Source: Camelus dromedarius
Taxonomy: Eukaryota
Direction: 5' to 3'
Assembly (NCBI RefSeq): GCF_036321535.1
Contig: NC_087447.1
Location: forward strand, 33,854,001 to 33,918,000
Length of the DNA stretch: 64,000 bases
Shown: piece after piece, positions 25,145-37,939 of the stretch
Position numbering within the stretch: position 1 is the first letter of the stretch
How the letters are laid out: the number at the start of each line of letters is the position of its first letter
Notes under the pieces: model-generated
The model's database searches: none
What the model saw: the letters and a program-made list of their open reading frames with translations, nothing else
What the model was told of the DNA's origin: nothing
Position numbers and translations under genes: made by a program

Positions 25145-26538
25145 TTAACACTTCAAGATGTTTCGAAATATATGGGTATTAAGTCCTGTACTGGTAAAAT
25201 AAATATTCTGCTTCACTTCATTTCTCACCACATTCATGTATCATATGCTGTCTAAATTGGATATTAAATGTATTCTTTCACTTTCAGGGATTTTAGGGCC
25301 TCAATCATCAAATTAACTTAAATGATTCCAAGAACGTGGGGCCAGGTCAGAGACATAATGAAAGGGTGACAATAAACATTTTGTTTGAACTCACAACAAT
25401 CTTGTACTGTGTTAGCTGTGGCCAGCATTGTTATTCCCATCATAGATGAGGCAACCGAGGGTTTGAGAGGTGAAATGAAAGACTAATGTGTAAAACCTAC
25501 TAGGGAAATAGTCTTGTCCTTCTGCTTCTATGATTCTGGGACTTTTCCTGTTGACAGCTCAGTGTAGTGGTCAGCAGTATGGGGTTACAACATTTGCAGT
25601 GCTTTAAAATACTGCAGTATAATCTTGTGATAGTGAGGCTGGGCCAGGTAGCTTAAACTGTAACTCTAGGGGTGGTCAGCTCACGTGTCAAGGATGCACT
25701 ACCAGGGGCAGTTGGCTAACACTAACTCAGAAAAGACACACTCCGGAGGAGGCCTGGTCATTCTTGATCAATAACTCACATGCTGCTAATTGGCACACTG
25801 GGAGTCAAAAAAGGGATATTATTAGTGTCAAAAAGGGAATAGTATTATTAAACTAGTATCCTGTTAAATACTATAAATATTAGAAAATGGGCTCTCATCA
25901 GTAAAGTGAGAGGCACTCAAAATGAAGGGACAGGCAAGAGAGTTTAGAGACTCTCCCCATCCTTGCATCCAAGGTGTAAGGATCCAAGGAGGCACTGCAG
26001 GAGCAAAGGGGAAGCGATCCAGAGACCTTGAGAAGCCTGTCTTTGAGGGCGGGTAGAAGACAGGTACACAATCCGTCAAACCCTCCGGGTCTCACCACTG
26101 TGATCATTTAGTCTCTGACTTTGGCCATACTATTGCCCAGTCTGCAGAGTAAGTTCTGATCTTCAGATTCTGAACCAAAAGGATTCAAGGAACCTTTGTT
26201 TGGGGTATGAGCATCGTCACCTTTCCTCCTTGTCTGGTTCTAACCTGGGTTGCCAAGGTTTTGATAACTTGGCTTCTGCCTTCTTCCCTGGGACTTTGTA
26301 ACATGATGGGCAACTTGGCTGCCTGGATACAGGTCCTCCTCAACAGTCATACCAAACCCAGGGTTTTCAAGAGTAGGGTTAGGGCCCTGCTCTTGAAACA
26401 CAGCCTAGTGGTTGAGTTCCAGCCAGGAAAGTATAATCTCCTAGTTAATACCTAAGGACCCAGTGTAATAATTGTGTAATTATTAATAGCATTCTCTTTC
26501 ACTTTAAAAAGTGTCCTGGTCTGAATACAAAATTATAT

Positions 26539-27696
26539 CTCAGTCTACCCAGGCAATAGAAATAAAAGCAAAAATAAACAAATGGCACCTAATTAAACTT
26601 ACAAACTTTTGCACAGCAAAGGAAACTATAAACAAAACAAAAAGACAACCTATGGAATGGGAGAAAATATTTGCAAATGATGTGACTGACAAAGGCTTAA
26701 CTTCCAGACTATACAAACAGCTCACACAACTTAATAACAAAACAAACAACCCAATCCAAAAATGGGCAGAAGACCTAAACAAGCAATTCTCCAATGAAGA
26801 CATGCAAATGGCCAACAGGCACATGAAAAAATGCTCAATATCACTAATTATCAGAAAAATGCAAATCAAAACTACAATGAGGTATCACCTCACACCAGTC
26901 AGAATGGCCGTCATTCAGAAGTCCACAAATAATAAATGTTGGAGAAGGTGTGGAGAAAAGGGAACCCTCCTACACTGTTGGTGGGAATGCAGTTGGCGTA
27001 GCCATTATAGTAAATAATATGGAGATTCCTTAAAAAACTGAAAATAGACTTACTCTATGATCCAGCAATCCCACTCCTGGACATATATCCAGAGGGAAAC
27101 TTAATTCAAAAAGATACATGCACCCCAATGTTCATAGCAGCACTATTTACAGTAGTCAAGGCATGGAAGCAATCTAAATGTCAATTGACAGATGACTGGA
27201 TAAAGAAGTTGTTGTATATATATGCAATGGAATACTACTCAGCCATAAAAAAGAATAAAATAATGCCATTTGCAGCAACATGGATGGACCCAGAGATCGT
27301 CGTACTCGTGAAGTAAGTCAGAAAGAGAAAGGAAAATATTGTATGATATCACTTGCATGTGGAATCTTTAAAAAAGGACACAAATGAATTGATTTACAAA
27401 ACAGAGACAGACTCACAGACAGAAAACAAACTTGTGGTTCCCAGGCAGGTAAGGGGCAGGCAGGGGGATAAATTAGGAGTTTGGGATTTGCAGATACTAA
27501 CTACTATATATAAAATACATAAACAACAAGGTTCTGCTGTATAGCACAGTAGAACTATATTTAATATGTTGTAGTATCTATAAGGAAAAAGAATATGAAA
27601 AGGAACATATGTATGTATATGTATGACTGAAACATTATGCTGTACACCAGAAACTGACACACTGCCTATACTTCAGTAAAATGTTTTTTAAAAAGG
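26539..27696 (+). mobile_element. Young 5'-truncated LINE-1 (ORF2 C-terminal Cys-rich domain plus 3' UTR)
   Basis: ORF 26511-27017 KAKINKW...[11 protein letters not shown]...[18 protein letters not shown] (L1 ORF2 zinc knuckle); TSD aaattatat at 26530-26538 and 27697-27705. Confidence 0.97.
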
Positions 27697-28335
27697 AAAT
27701 TATATGTCCACCCTACCTATGAGAGGAGAGAACCTTTTCTTCTTCAGCATTATATTCCCAGGGTTTGGCAAAGTGATGGGGTTCAATACGTATTTGCTGA
27801 AGGAGTGAATGAATAAATGAAAGAATCTGTCACAATGTGTCACCTGGGGCCAGACTTCCCTGCTGTTACTACTACTGATCCGACTTGCAAACACCACTTA
27901 CTTTGACTGTCAAATACATTATTCTATTTTCTGCAGCCATTTAAATTAGGCCAACTGGATGAGTTTTCTACTGGCCAAAGCTGGGACAATTTGAATACCA
28001 ATGATAATAATAACATCAATGGGTTGAACATATTAAATATGATTAAATTCATAATTCAATGTGATAATCCAAAGATTCCAAAACAAAGCTTCACTTGTGA
28101 TCTCTGTAAGATCCTAGGGAACTAATTCATTATTTAAAAAGCTGATAAAGGGAAAGAATTAAGCATTGATCCTGTCTTTCTTATAGGACTGACTATACCT
28201 CACTAGAAATTATTAGCTGCTTAGGAGAAGTTATGTCTTTTTAAAAAAAAAAAAAAACAGCTAATAACTGAAGACTGAATGATGTATTTAGAATATCAAT
28301 ATTTTGCATTCTCTATGGAAATAATGAGTCTAGGT

Positions 28336-28534
28336 CAGTGGTTCTCAAATGGAGCAGTTCTGTCCTTTAGAGGACATTTGATAATCTCTGGAGATAATTT
28401 TGGTTGTCATAACTGGGGAGGAGGTGCATAGAGGCCAGAAATGCTACTAACCATCTGAAAAATCACAAGACAGTCCCCAGAATAAAGGATTATCTGGCTC
28501 AAAATGTCAGTAGTGCAGAGGATGAGAAATCTTG
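28336..28534 (+). mobile_element. MER20 hAT-Charlie MITE
   Basis: cagtggttctcaa...gagaaatcttg TIRs; degenerate 8-bp TSD gtctaggt/atataggc. Confidence 0.85.
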
Positions 28535-28676
28535 ATATAGGCAATAATCCCTAGTGGCTGCAAACATTAGAGACAAGCAGACACTGTGTCCCGCCCCCCA
28601 CCCCCGATGGAAATACACAGCGTCTTCTATAAAGCAGTCATGCTTGAAAATCAACCTGAGTCTGATCAAACCTCTA

Positions 28677-28860
28677 GTTCTGTGGCTCTGAAATTCACTG
28701 TGCATTCAAATCACCAGGTGGGCTCGTGAAAGCACAGATTGCTGGGACCCTCAACTGAAGTCTCTGCTTGGAGAAGTCTGGGTGGGACCCAAGAATATGC
28801 ATTTATAACAAGTTTCCAGGTGTTGATGCTGCTGGCCCAGGACCACACTTTGAGATATAA
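28677..28860. mobile_element. MER5A-like MITE
   Basis: cagattgctgggaccc...gggtgggacccaagaatatgcattt...aggaccacactttgaga. Confidence 0.8.
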
Positions 28861-30673
28861 GTGCAAATTTACAAGGAATACAGAGGGCAGAGAAATATGT
28901 TAATTCATTATAGCATTCATCCATGATATTCTTTATTATACTGTTGGAGTTCATTATACTATTCTCTTTATATTTGTATACATTTGAAATTTTCCATGTC
29001 AAAAAACAAAAAGTTATCAATAGAAGAACATTTAACAAAGGGGGAATAGTTTAAACCATGTTGAGAAAAAGTATGTGCACTGGAAAAAATAAGGAAAAAA
29101 GTCTAATATGTTAACTGTAGGCATCTTTGAGTGATAGGACTATGGCAATTTTTTAAAACTTCTTTTGGTTTTTCTGTCTTTTTCTTAATATTAAAGATGC
29201 TCTTTTAATAATTCTAGGTACACATGTATCTAGAATGCCTCAATTTTGGAAATCAAAATCAGGTTATTTAAATAATTTTTTTCTCTTATCTGTCTGCCAA
29301 GGGATTATGCAATGTATTTTTTAAAAGAACTATTAAATATGCTGTTTTTTATTTTAAGAAAGTTATAAAACTTGCTGTATGTTCAGCCTGGTGAACTGTA
29401 TTTCTAAATATCTGTGTCTGTTTTAATGTCCTCACCTAGTGGAGGGTCTTTCTCCCAGACACACTCCTTTGAAGGCCGTAGCAACCTGCTGGAAGTATTG
29501 GGCTGTCCTAAGCTATATTCATCAAAGGACACAAAATGACTATCACACAAGGCACCATGGGAATGCTAAGATAGTATCCCTGAGGTCGAAAGGAAGGAAA
29601 GACCACATCCTTCCCGATACAAGAAATCAGGAGAGGCTGCCTGGAGGAGGGGGGCAGTCATTTGATTCAGAACATGAAAAGAATGCATAAGATTTTGACA
29701 TATGGTGATGAAGTAGATACAGCAGGTGAATGAAAAGGCAATCACAGTGATAGAAGCAACAGGCCAAGGGAAAAGAAAGGCACCAAATCTGGTGAGGTCA
29801 CAGTCTGCACACAGTCTGGCAGAAGCATGGGAACCTAGGGAACTTGCAGGAAATCCAAGGAGGTTGGTGACACTTTGTGAAGGATGGAGAATGCCCACCA
29901 GATGATGTGTTGTGTTTTGCTTTTTCAAAGGACTTGCCTTATTCCAGAAGCCTCCCCTTTATAGTTGCCTCCAGTAGGTCTGGTTAATGCAGACTCTTTT
30001 CTGCTTTCTTTGCCCTCTGATACTGCAGATAACTCCTCTCTCCCTCCAGGATGGATCATCCTCTCCTCAAATAGGTGAGTGTATTAATTTCATTTCCACA
30101 AAGACAGCCCACTGCAATACCACTCCCAAGTGCACAGGGCCCCAAGTTGAAGAACCAACTAAAGAGACGGCCAGGCCAGATGGGTTCCGTCAAGCTCTCC
30201 ATGGCCTGCACACACTCCGGACCAAAGCCGCCCCAGCTGTGCACCTCACTGAGGAATGCGGCTGCATTGGCTCTACTGAGTTATTGGGTTTCCAAGTGAA
30301 AGAAGTAAAATTTATACTAAAGAAATGCTCATTTCATGTATGCTGATTAGCAGAAAATTGTTCCTTTGTCTTAGCGACTAGGAAGGATCATGGTGCTGAG
30401 ACTCCTGGCTGGGGAGATGGTCCCTCTCCCTTCCTCTACCCTGAGCTCAGGCCACCCCGCTGCAAAGACCCCGAGGAACCAGGATCAGCTGGATTCCAAC
30501 TGTAAACACCAAGACAAGGGCCTCTGACTTCAACCTCCTTCACCTCTGGGGGAGCATATAAAACAGGACTCGGAGACCTGGACAGAACAGAAATTAATTC
30601 TTCCCCAAAGTGGGGTTTCTCTGTTCCTTCAGGAGTAGGAGGGTAAGACATCAGACTTCATTCACTCATTTCC

Positions 30674-30843
30674 TTTTTTTTTTTTTCAATTGAAGCATAG
30701 TCAGTTTACAATGCTGTGTCAGTTTCTGGTGTACAGCACAATGTTTCAGTCATATATGTACATATATATTCCTTTTCATATTCTTTTTCATTATCGGTTA
30801 CTACAAGATGTTGAATACAGTTCCCTGTGCTCTACAGAAGAAA
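30674..30843 (-). mobile_element. Short young LINE-1 3' end
   Basis: Poly(T) 30674-30686 followed by reverse L1 terminus. Confidence 0.9.
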
Positions 30844-31360
30844 TTCTCTTACTATTTATAGTGGCTACAATGATGTAGCTGCTTATCAAGTTATTTGCCT
30901 AGACTCCTGGCATCTAAGAAAGAGATGAGAAACAGCAAATCAAGTCATTGCTTTTTCCAAGAAGAACCTGAAGAAATTACCAGCTCTGTGATGCTGAGAT
31001 CCAAGTATATATATTTGATTCTAAAATGCACAATTTTCTACATTTGATTAACTCCTAAGTAGCCACAAGTCCTATAATTAATAGCACACCAAAATTATAA
31101 ATGGCAGGAATTTTTCTTTGTTGGTGGCATGTGAAAGAGTGTGTATCTAATAATTAAGGGTATGTTGGATTGGATTAAATTTCACAGAGAAATGATAGAA
31201 TGTTAGAAACTGATAAACAAACAAAAATCCTTGTAGTGATAAGCTCTTCCCACCTCAAAGGAATTTCCTTTCTCATCTCAATCCTCCCAAGAATTGCTTT
31301 CCAGGAGACAGAATTGTATTTTATCAATCTGAAAATGAAATGGTGTATTTAAAATTCCCT

Positions 31361-31549
31361 CCTTAAAAAACTAAAAAAAGACTTACCATGTGATCCAACA
31401 ATCCCACTCCTGGACATATAGCCAGAGGGAACTCTAATTCAAAAAGACATATGCACCTCAATGTTCATAGCAGCATTATTTATAATAGCTAAGACACAGA
31501 AACAACCTAAATGTCCATCAACAGATGACTGGATAAAAAAGATGTGGGG

Positions 31550-31604
<55 letters not shown>

Positions 31605-32384
31605 CACAGAATAGTACTCAGCCCTAAAAAAGGATAAAATAATGCCATTTGTAGCAACATGAATGGACCTGGAGAATGTCATACTAAGTGAAGTAAGCCA
31701 GAAAGAGAAAGAAAAAAACCATATGATATCGCTTATACGTGGAATCTAAAAAAGACACAAATGAACTTATTTACAAAATAGACAACATTAACAAAAGAAA
31801 GGACAAAGATCACATAATCATCTCAATAGATGCAGGAAAAGCATCTGATAAAATTCAACACCCATTTATAATAAAAAACCCCTATCAAAGTGAGTATAGA
31901 GGAAACATACCTCAACATAATAAAAGCTGTTTATGACAAACCCACAGCCAGCATAATACTCAGTGGTGAAAAACTGAAAGCTTTCCCAGTAAAATCTGGA
32001 ACAAGACAAGGATGCCCACTATCACCACTTCTATTCAACATAGTCTTGGAAGTCCTAACCACAGCAATCAGGCAAGAAAAAGAAATAAAAATGATGAGGG
32101 AAAAGAGGTGGGAAGGGATAAATTTGAGAGTTTGAGATTTGTAAGTGTTAGCCACTAAATATAAAAATAGATTAAAAACGCAAATTTCTTATGTACAGCA
32201 CAGGAAACTATATTCAATATCTTGTAATATCCTATAATGAAGAAAGAATATGAAAAGGAGAATATATGTGTATATATATATATAAAACACTGAATCACTA
32301 TGCCGTACGTCAGAAATTAATACAACATTGTAAACTGACTATATTTCAATAAAAATAAATAAGTAATTAATTAATTAAAAAAAT
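31361..32384 (+). mobile_element. Rearranged LINE-1: ORF2 end/3' UTR - RT segment - rest of 3' UTR
   Basis: TSD aaaattccct at 31351-31360 and 32385-32394; RT peptide [40 protein letters not shown] at ~31783-32090. Confidence 0.92.
31553..31601. repeat. (CA)n microsatellite inside L1
   Basis: About 24 uninterrupted units. Confidence 0.97.
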
Positions 32385-32439
32385 AAAATTCCCTAAAACT
32401 ACCTGGTTCCTAGCAAAACTGTAAGGAAACAGAATCAAC

Positions 32440-32620
32440 TTTAGGCAGATAGAGTTGGTTATAAATTCCATTTCTGGTAACTACTATTCCTTTCCCTTTT
32501 GAAGCCTCACTTACCTGGTCTGTAAAAGGTTAATGACAACATTTCCATCCTAGAGATGTTGTGGGATTAAACGGGATAAAGCATGGCATGTAGGAGATGC
32601 TCAATAAAAGTTACTTTTCT
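32440..32620 (+). mobile_element. MIR SINE
   Basis: gcctcacttacctggtctgtaaaagg...gatgttgtgggattaaacgggataa. Confidence 0.65.
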
Positions 32621-32949
32621 ATTTATATAGAATTATTTGTGATACTAGATCTGTAGTTCCCCCAAAGCTCCTGCAGTCTGCAAAACGTGCCCGTCAGTAT
32701 GGGACCCGTGACGTGAGCAAGGACACTAAACTGGTGAAAGAGACAGAGCTGGGGGTTCCAAACAGCCTCGTGTTCTGTTTTCGATATAGCAGCCAACTCC
32801 ATCAAAATCCTCACCACAGGCCCCAAGCCCTTGTATTCTGGTTTCTGGAGAGCCACAACCCATTCACAACATGAAGCTCAGAATCAGCAAATCCAGAGAA
32901 CGACATTCAAATGGCTCGGCGACGTAGAAGACATTGATGGATTCTAGTG

Positions 32950-34150
32950 AGCAGCTGTGTGAGTTATTGTGTCAAAAACGCAGGGGTCATCATCAGCTCT
33001 GATATGATCCAATGCCTGTGACCCTCTCCCCCCGACATCCTCTGGGGGCCACCAGGTCTGGCCCGACACAGCTGCGTGCTACCCCAGTTTGCGGCTATAT
33101 TGACACAGCCATTTTCATGGTAGGCCTGTTGTAAATTTGTTGTTACATGGCGCGTCTGCCCCAAATTGCACGGTGTACGTAAATTTTTGTGTGTGTGGCG
33201 GGGCTGGCAAGGGGGTTGGAGGGTGGGTACCGGGGCTGAATGGAGCATGTGATGAAGCAACCCGCGGGAGACCTAACCCTGATAAATTGTTTACTTGTTA
33301 GCGATGGGGCTCCAGAGTGGGCTGGGGGCTGCGGGCTCAGCAGGACAGACGTAGAAGGTGGACCCACGCCAATTACCAGCCATTGTGGCGTCCCACCCCA
33401 TGATTGACACCAATGTCTCCCCTCTCACCATGGGTCCTTTTACTCTCCCGGACCCAACACAAGCCCCACTGTGCTAATACCGTGGTGTCTTCTATTTCCT
33501 CTTCTGCCAGCAAAAATTAACCTAGGCCCGCGGCCTGTAGAAGACCTAAGGCCTTTATTTTATTATGCATTTTCCCCCAGTTTTTCAAGGATGAGTTAAA
33601 AAATAGAGGTTGCTAAGGCCAGTCGGGCCACAAAGGAAGCAAAGGGACAAACATTATCTTTGGATGACTGACTTCAAAGTTAATGATCTTCCCCACTGAA
33701 TTGTGCCCTCCGCTGCTCAATGAGGTCTTTGCCATCAGATAAAGAAGCGCCTCTTTAATCCACTAACACTGCTTTGTCCCTTTGTGGCAAAATGATCATT
33801 TCATCAGTTTCGGGTACTCTCTGCCCGGAGAGGTTTTTTTTTTTTTTTTTTTTTAGCCTGAGTGATTCAGAGCAGGAGAGACAGAGAAGGGTATTTCTCG
33901 ACTTCATTTTCCCTCAAGTGACGGCTGAATAACTATGCAAAAAAATTAAGGCATAATGAGCCAGCAACAGTGACAAAACCTAATTAGTCACGGAGGCCAC
34001 TGGGTAATGAGCCGCAAAACCCGGCTCTTGAGTGTGTAATAACTGTATTTTTCTCCATTTCTTCCCCTTTAGTCACAGCCTTGTGTGGCATTTTTAACAA
34101 ACTAAAATGGCACCAGATGCAACAGGGTACAGACATTTTAACTTGAATTA
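32950..34150. promoter_or_regulatory. Candidate enhancer block, repeat-poor with raised CpG
   Basis: TGATAA next to TGTTTAC near 33280-33295, ACAAAG/CTTTGT clusters, AGATAA 33737, TAATCC 33756, TAATTA 33981. Confidence 0.35.
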
Positions 34151-35552
34151 AGAAACCATATGTTCCGATAAGTCATGGTCTCTTCTTTCCCACAGACTGG
34201 GTCCTCCATCTGTGAGGGAACACCCCAGCGGTGAGGGAATGATGGCCGTTGGGACGATCACCCCATGAACATGAAGAGGGGTGGGGGGTAGGGGATGGGT
34301 CTCCAGGACCCTCGCTGGACAGAGGTCCTGGCTCCCACAGGCATCCTGGACATTCCAGATGTGGGGTCCAGATACGCACCCTAAGCGTGGTAAGATGGAG
34401 CAGCTTGAGGAGGAAGGGAAGGTGGAGGGGGCAGAGGTGGGAAGGACCCTGTGTCCAAATAAGGGAGTCTGAAATGCTGGGGATTGCCTTTAACCATTTA
34501 CGACAACATTATCCACATTCAAGTGATGGAAGACACAAGTTAGCCAAGTCTGAGACTCACAAGCCTTGAGATGTAGGATAGTCCCCACCTCCTCCATCCG
34601 TTTGAGATAAAGCCACCAAGGATCGGTGAGGCTAGGAAATTGCCCCAGATCCCAGTTAGAAATGCAGGAATCAAGCTGTGAAGCCACATCTGTGATCATT
34701 ACCCCAGTGTGTTTCCTACGTTATGTTGTCATTATTATTGTTCATAATCATTTGCCCTTCAAATCAGAAAAGTTTTAAAGAGTGGAAAGTTTACATAGCA
34801 TAGTTTGGCCTGATTGCTCTCTTCAACCCTCAGGTCCAAAGCCACTTAGGTAACACATCATTAATGCATAATTTTTATTTGGAGCAGGGTAGCATCAGGG
34901 GTACGCCCTGGGCCCCACTCTGTAATGTGGGAGACTCCCAATCCCCAACCAAGGAGACACTGCCTCACAGTGTTAACTTCTATTTCTCCTCTATCTCTAA
35001 ATGTCACCAACTTTGGGGCTATGATTGGGCTTAGAGAAGCAGGCATTATGATCTTTGTTCTGAGCAACAGAAAGGCTGACTTTCCTTTTGTCCCTCTCCA
35101 TAACCAGCAGACCAAAAACAATCTTCCCAAGATGAATCCAAGTCCCCCAAAATGTCAATAAGGACCTCATTTCCTCCTGAGCCTCTGGCCATGGAATCAC
35201 ATCAGGGAATCTCAGATGAGGAATCCCAGGTGGAATACAGAGTATAGAATTAATGAGAGAACACAGACACAGGTTTGGACCAAGATTGCGTATACCTCCT
35301 CAGGGAATTTTAAAACAGCATCTGTTAAAAAAAAAATCCAGCACCCACATTCTCTCTGTAACAGGAAAAATGCATGAAACAAACACACAGCAAAAAACAA
35401 AACAAACAAACAACAACAACAATCCAGGACCAGCTACACAATTTGGAGGTTTACATAATATAAGTTATGTTTTAACTCCCCATAGAATTCTGACCCAGCA
35501 AAGGCCTGCTCTCTGGGACTGTGTAATGTGACAGCTCTTTGTTTCTTCAGTC

Positions 35553-35729
35553 CAGGACCAGCTTCATACTTTGCTGGGCCCAGGGCAAAATAAGAACGTG
35601 GGGTCCCCTGTTCAAAAATTATGAAGGATTTCAAGACAGCTACGGCAGAGAATTAAACCAGGTGTGGGCCCCTCTGTGCACGGGGTCCTGTGTGACTGCA
35701 CAGATCACACACCCACGAAACCAGCCCCG
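35553..35729 (+). mobile_element. MER45A-like hAT-Tip100 MITE
   Basis: gggcccagggcaaaataagaa...ccctgttcaaaaattat...ctgtgtgactgcacagatcacac. Confidence 0.85.
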
Positions 35730-36809
35730 AAAAGAAAGCTAATGTGTCAGTGTCCCTGAAGCGGAGGCACACACGAGACCACCAGGAACAGTTCAGCTGA
35801 GAAGGCCGCCCAGCATTATTGCAACTTCTGACTCTTAGTGCTTCAAAGTGGACTCTTTTTCCTCTAAACTTTGAACTTCAGAAAGTTGACTTCAGCATCT
35901 CAGAAGTACTGTATGTAAAACGGGGAGTTTCCCCACGCAGACAATGCCATTGCTTCTCGACTCTTCCCCAAACTTTCATCTATTCTAGTCCCGGCAAGCT
36001 TGGCTGCTCTGTTCAGTGGGCCCTTTCCTGCACTCGAGTCAAGTCATTATCCTCTTTTTATATACTGCACTTCGTGCCCTTGTGAACCTGTTGAAAAATA
36101 GTGAAAGAGAGTTGAAAAGTACCACTGGCTCCTGAAAACAGTGCTGATGAGGAGGCAGAAAGGGGGAACTCCGGTTTTATTCAGTGCTAAAGATAACACC
36201 ACCAGAATGATAGACTCCTCCGAATTGTTCGTCCCCATGGGCCATTGTGCCCCCGGCCCTGAATGAGCCTCTTAGCAGCTCGGAGGGCCTGTCACAGGTA
36301 GGCACCCAACAGAGATAATTCCCAGCCTATGCTTGACTGCTTCCTTATAGACACTCACTCATGGTTCTGAAAGGCCCCAGACACTGTTGAATAAACTCCT
36401 ACTCGCTTCCATAAACTTTTTCTCCCACTGAATTTTCCGGGGATGTGAGCAGCTTCCCAGCCTCGCCGGAGGACGCTTCTGAATGCACCTCTGTCTGAAT
36501 CAAAGCCTGACAGCCCAGCCTCTTTCCAAAACAAGAGGGAAAACGGGGCCATCGGTCCCTGCGGGGGACTTCTGTGCTTTCCTCTGCAGGTGAAGGCCAG
36601 CTCCCAGAGGCTCTGGCCTTCCTCTTGCTCTTCCTATGGGTTTACTCATTTGGGTTGCAGAAGACTTTCCTTTTTCCTATGAAAGGAAAAAAGCCTCTAT
36701 TTGTTGTGTGAGCCCTGTCTCTTCTGGTTTTGAAAAATAACAGTGTCCTACAGGGGATAGGGCATAGAGACTCTGGGGGCATGTCTGTCTTCAGAATGTC
36801 CTAGAAGAG

Positions 36810-37050
36810 CATGTGTTTTTGAGCAGCACCAAGCTGGGTTTGAATCCACTTATTGATTCATTCATGGGGCTTTGAGCAAGTCACTCGCCTGTCTGAGCCA
36901 CAGTTTTCTCATCTATAAAACAGGGCTAATAATAACGTACCTTACAGGCTCTTTTCTAGCAAAGGTTAAACTAGTTTATGTATGTAAAGGGCTTAACATG
37001 GTGCCCAGTAGGAAACAGAACTCAGCAAATGATAGATTTCATCGCTATAT
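36810..37050 (+). mobile_element. MIR SINE
   Basis: ctgggtttgaatcc...tgagcaagtcact...cagttttctcatctataaaacagggctaataat. Confidence 0.85.
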
Positions 37051-37939
37051 TATTCCTCTGCTTTTCTCGTGTTATTCTGATTCCCCAGACTCTTCAGAGC
37101 CCTTTCAGGCCAGTCTTTGGCTTTTGAAGGACATTGGCCCACTTGCCATTTAGATCTTTCTAAACTGGCTTCACAGGAAAGGGGTACTACTTCCTCCTTC
37201 ATCCTTAAAACCCAGCTCTTCAGAATGTGCCCAGATAGACACATTTTGTTAGGTTTCCTCATCCAAATAATCAAAGTGAATAGCCCTGTGACTTCAAAAG
37301 ACTGTTAAGATCATTAAGACATGAGACATCTTAGGAAGAAAATTATATAAGACTTTTTATCAATTTTTTAAAAATTCTGTCTTCTTTGCTCACTTTTGAT
37401 TTCACCAGGAGAAATAAACAAAATGAATGGTTTGACTCCCTCTTCCAGAAAGATGGAGAGATCCTTTCAGCCAGAAAAAGGAACATGAGTCCAAAAGTGG
37501 AGGCAACCTCTTTTTTCCCCCTTATTCCCCCAGCATTTCCTCCGGAGCATCACTGGTACAAAACACAAACCAAGCAGACCCACCTGTGAGGTCTCCGTTT
37601 TGAAAAATCAAGCACCAGCAACGCTTCCTTGATGAATCCACGGGTTTCTGATCAACATGCTGACTGGTGTGTAAATCTTCAAAACTCAGTAGGGTTGGAG
37701 GTTAGGGAGGAGGCTGCCTCACTGAGCACATTAACATTCTTCCTATTCACAAGAATAAATGCTTTTGTGCACTATTCGAGTTGTTCTCCCTTTAGGATGA
37801 TACTCAAGTTCCCTGCAGCAAAGTACTGGGGGAAACTGTTCAAAAGAAACCCTGTCCCAATTCTAACCCACCACAGAGAATCCATCACTCTGAGACATCT
37901 CTCCTCTCAGTTTCATTAAGCAGGACTGCTGGTCAGTAA

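Larger units (their letters stand above)
27940..29010 (+). mobile_element. Old L1MC-like 3' UTR interrupted by MER20 and MER5A
   Basis: ctggccaaagctgggacaatttga; tatttgtatacatttgaaattttccat terminus. Confidence 0.55.

Noticed and set aside
26511..27017. 168-aa ORF as a functional gene
   Set aside because: It is the ORF2 C-terminus of a 5'-truncated L1 with no promoter, EN or RT, and it frameshifts after CWWEC.
29211..29236. Imperfect palindrome attctaggtaca-ca-tgtatctagaat
   Set aside because: Short, one mismatch, in decayed AT-rich repeat context; no supporting evidence of function.
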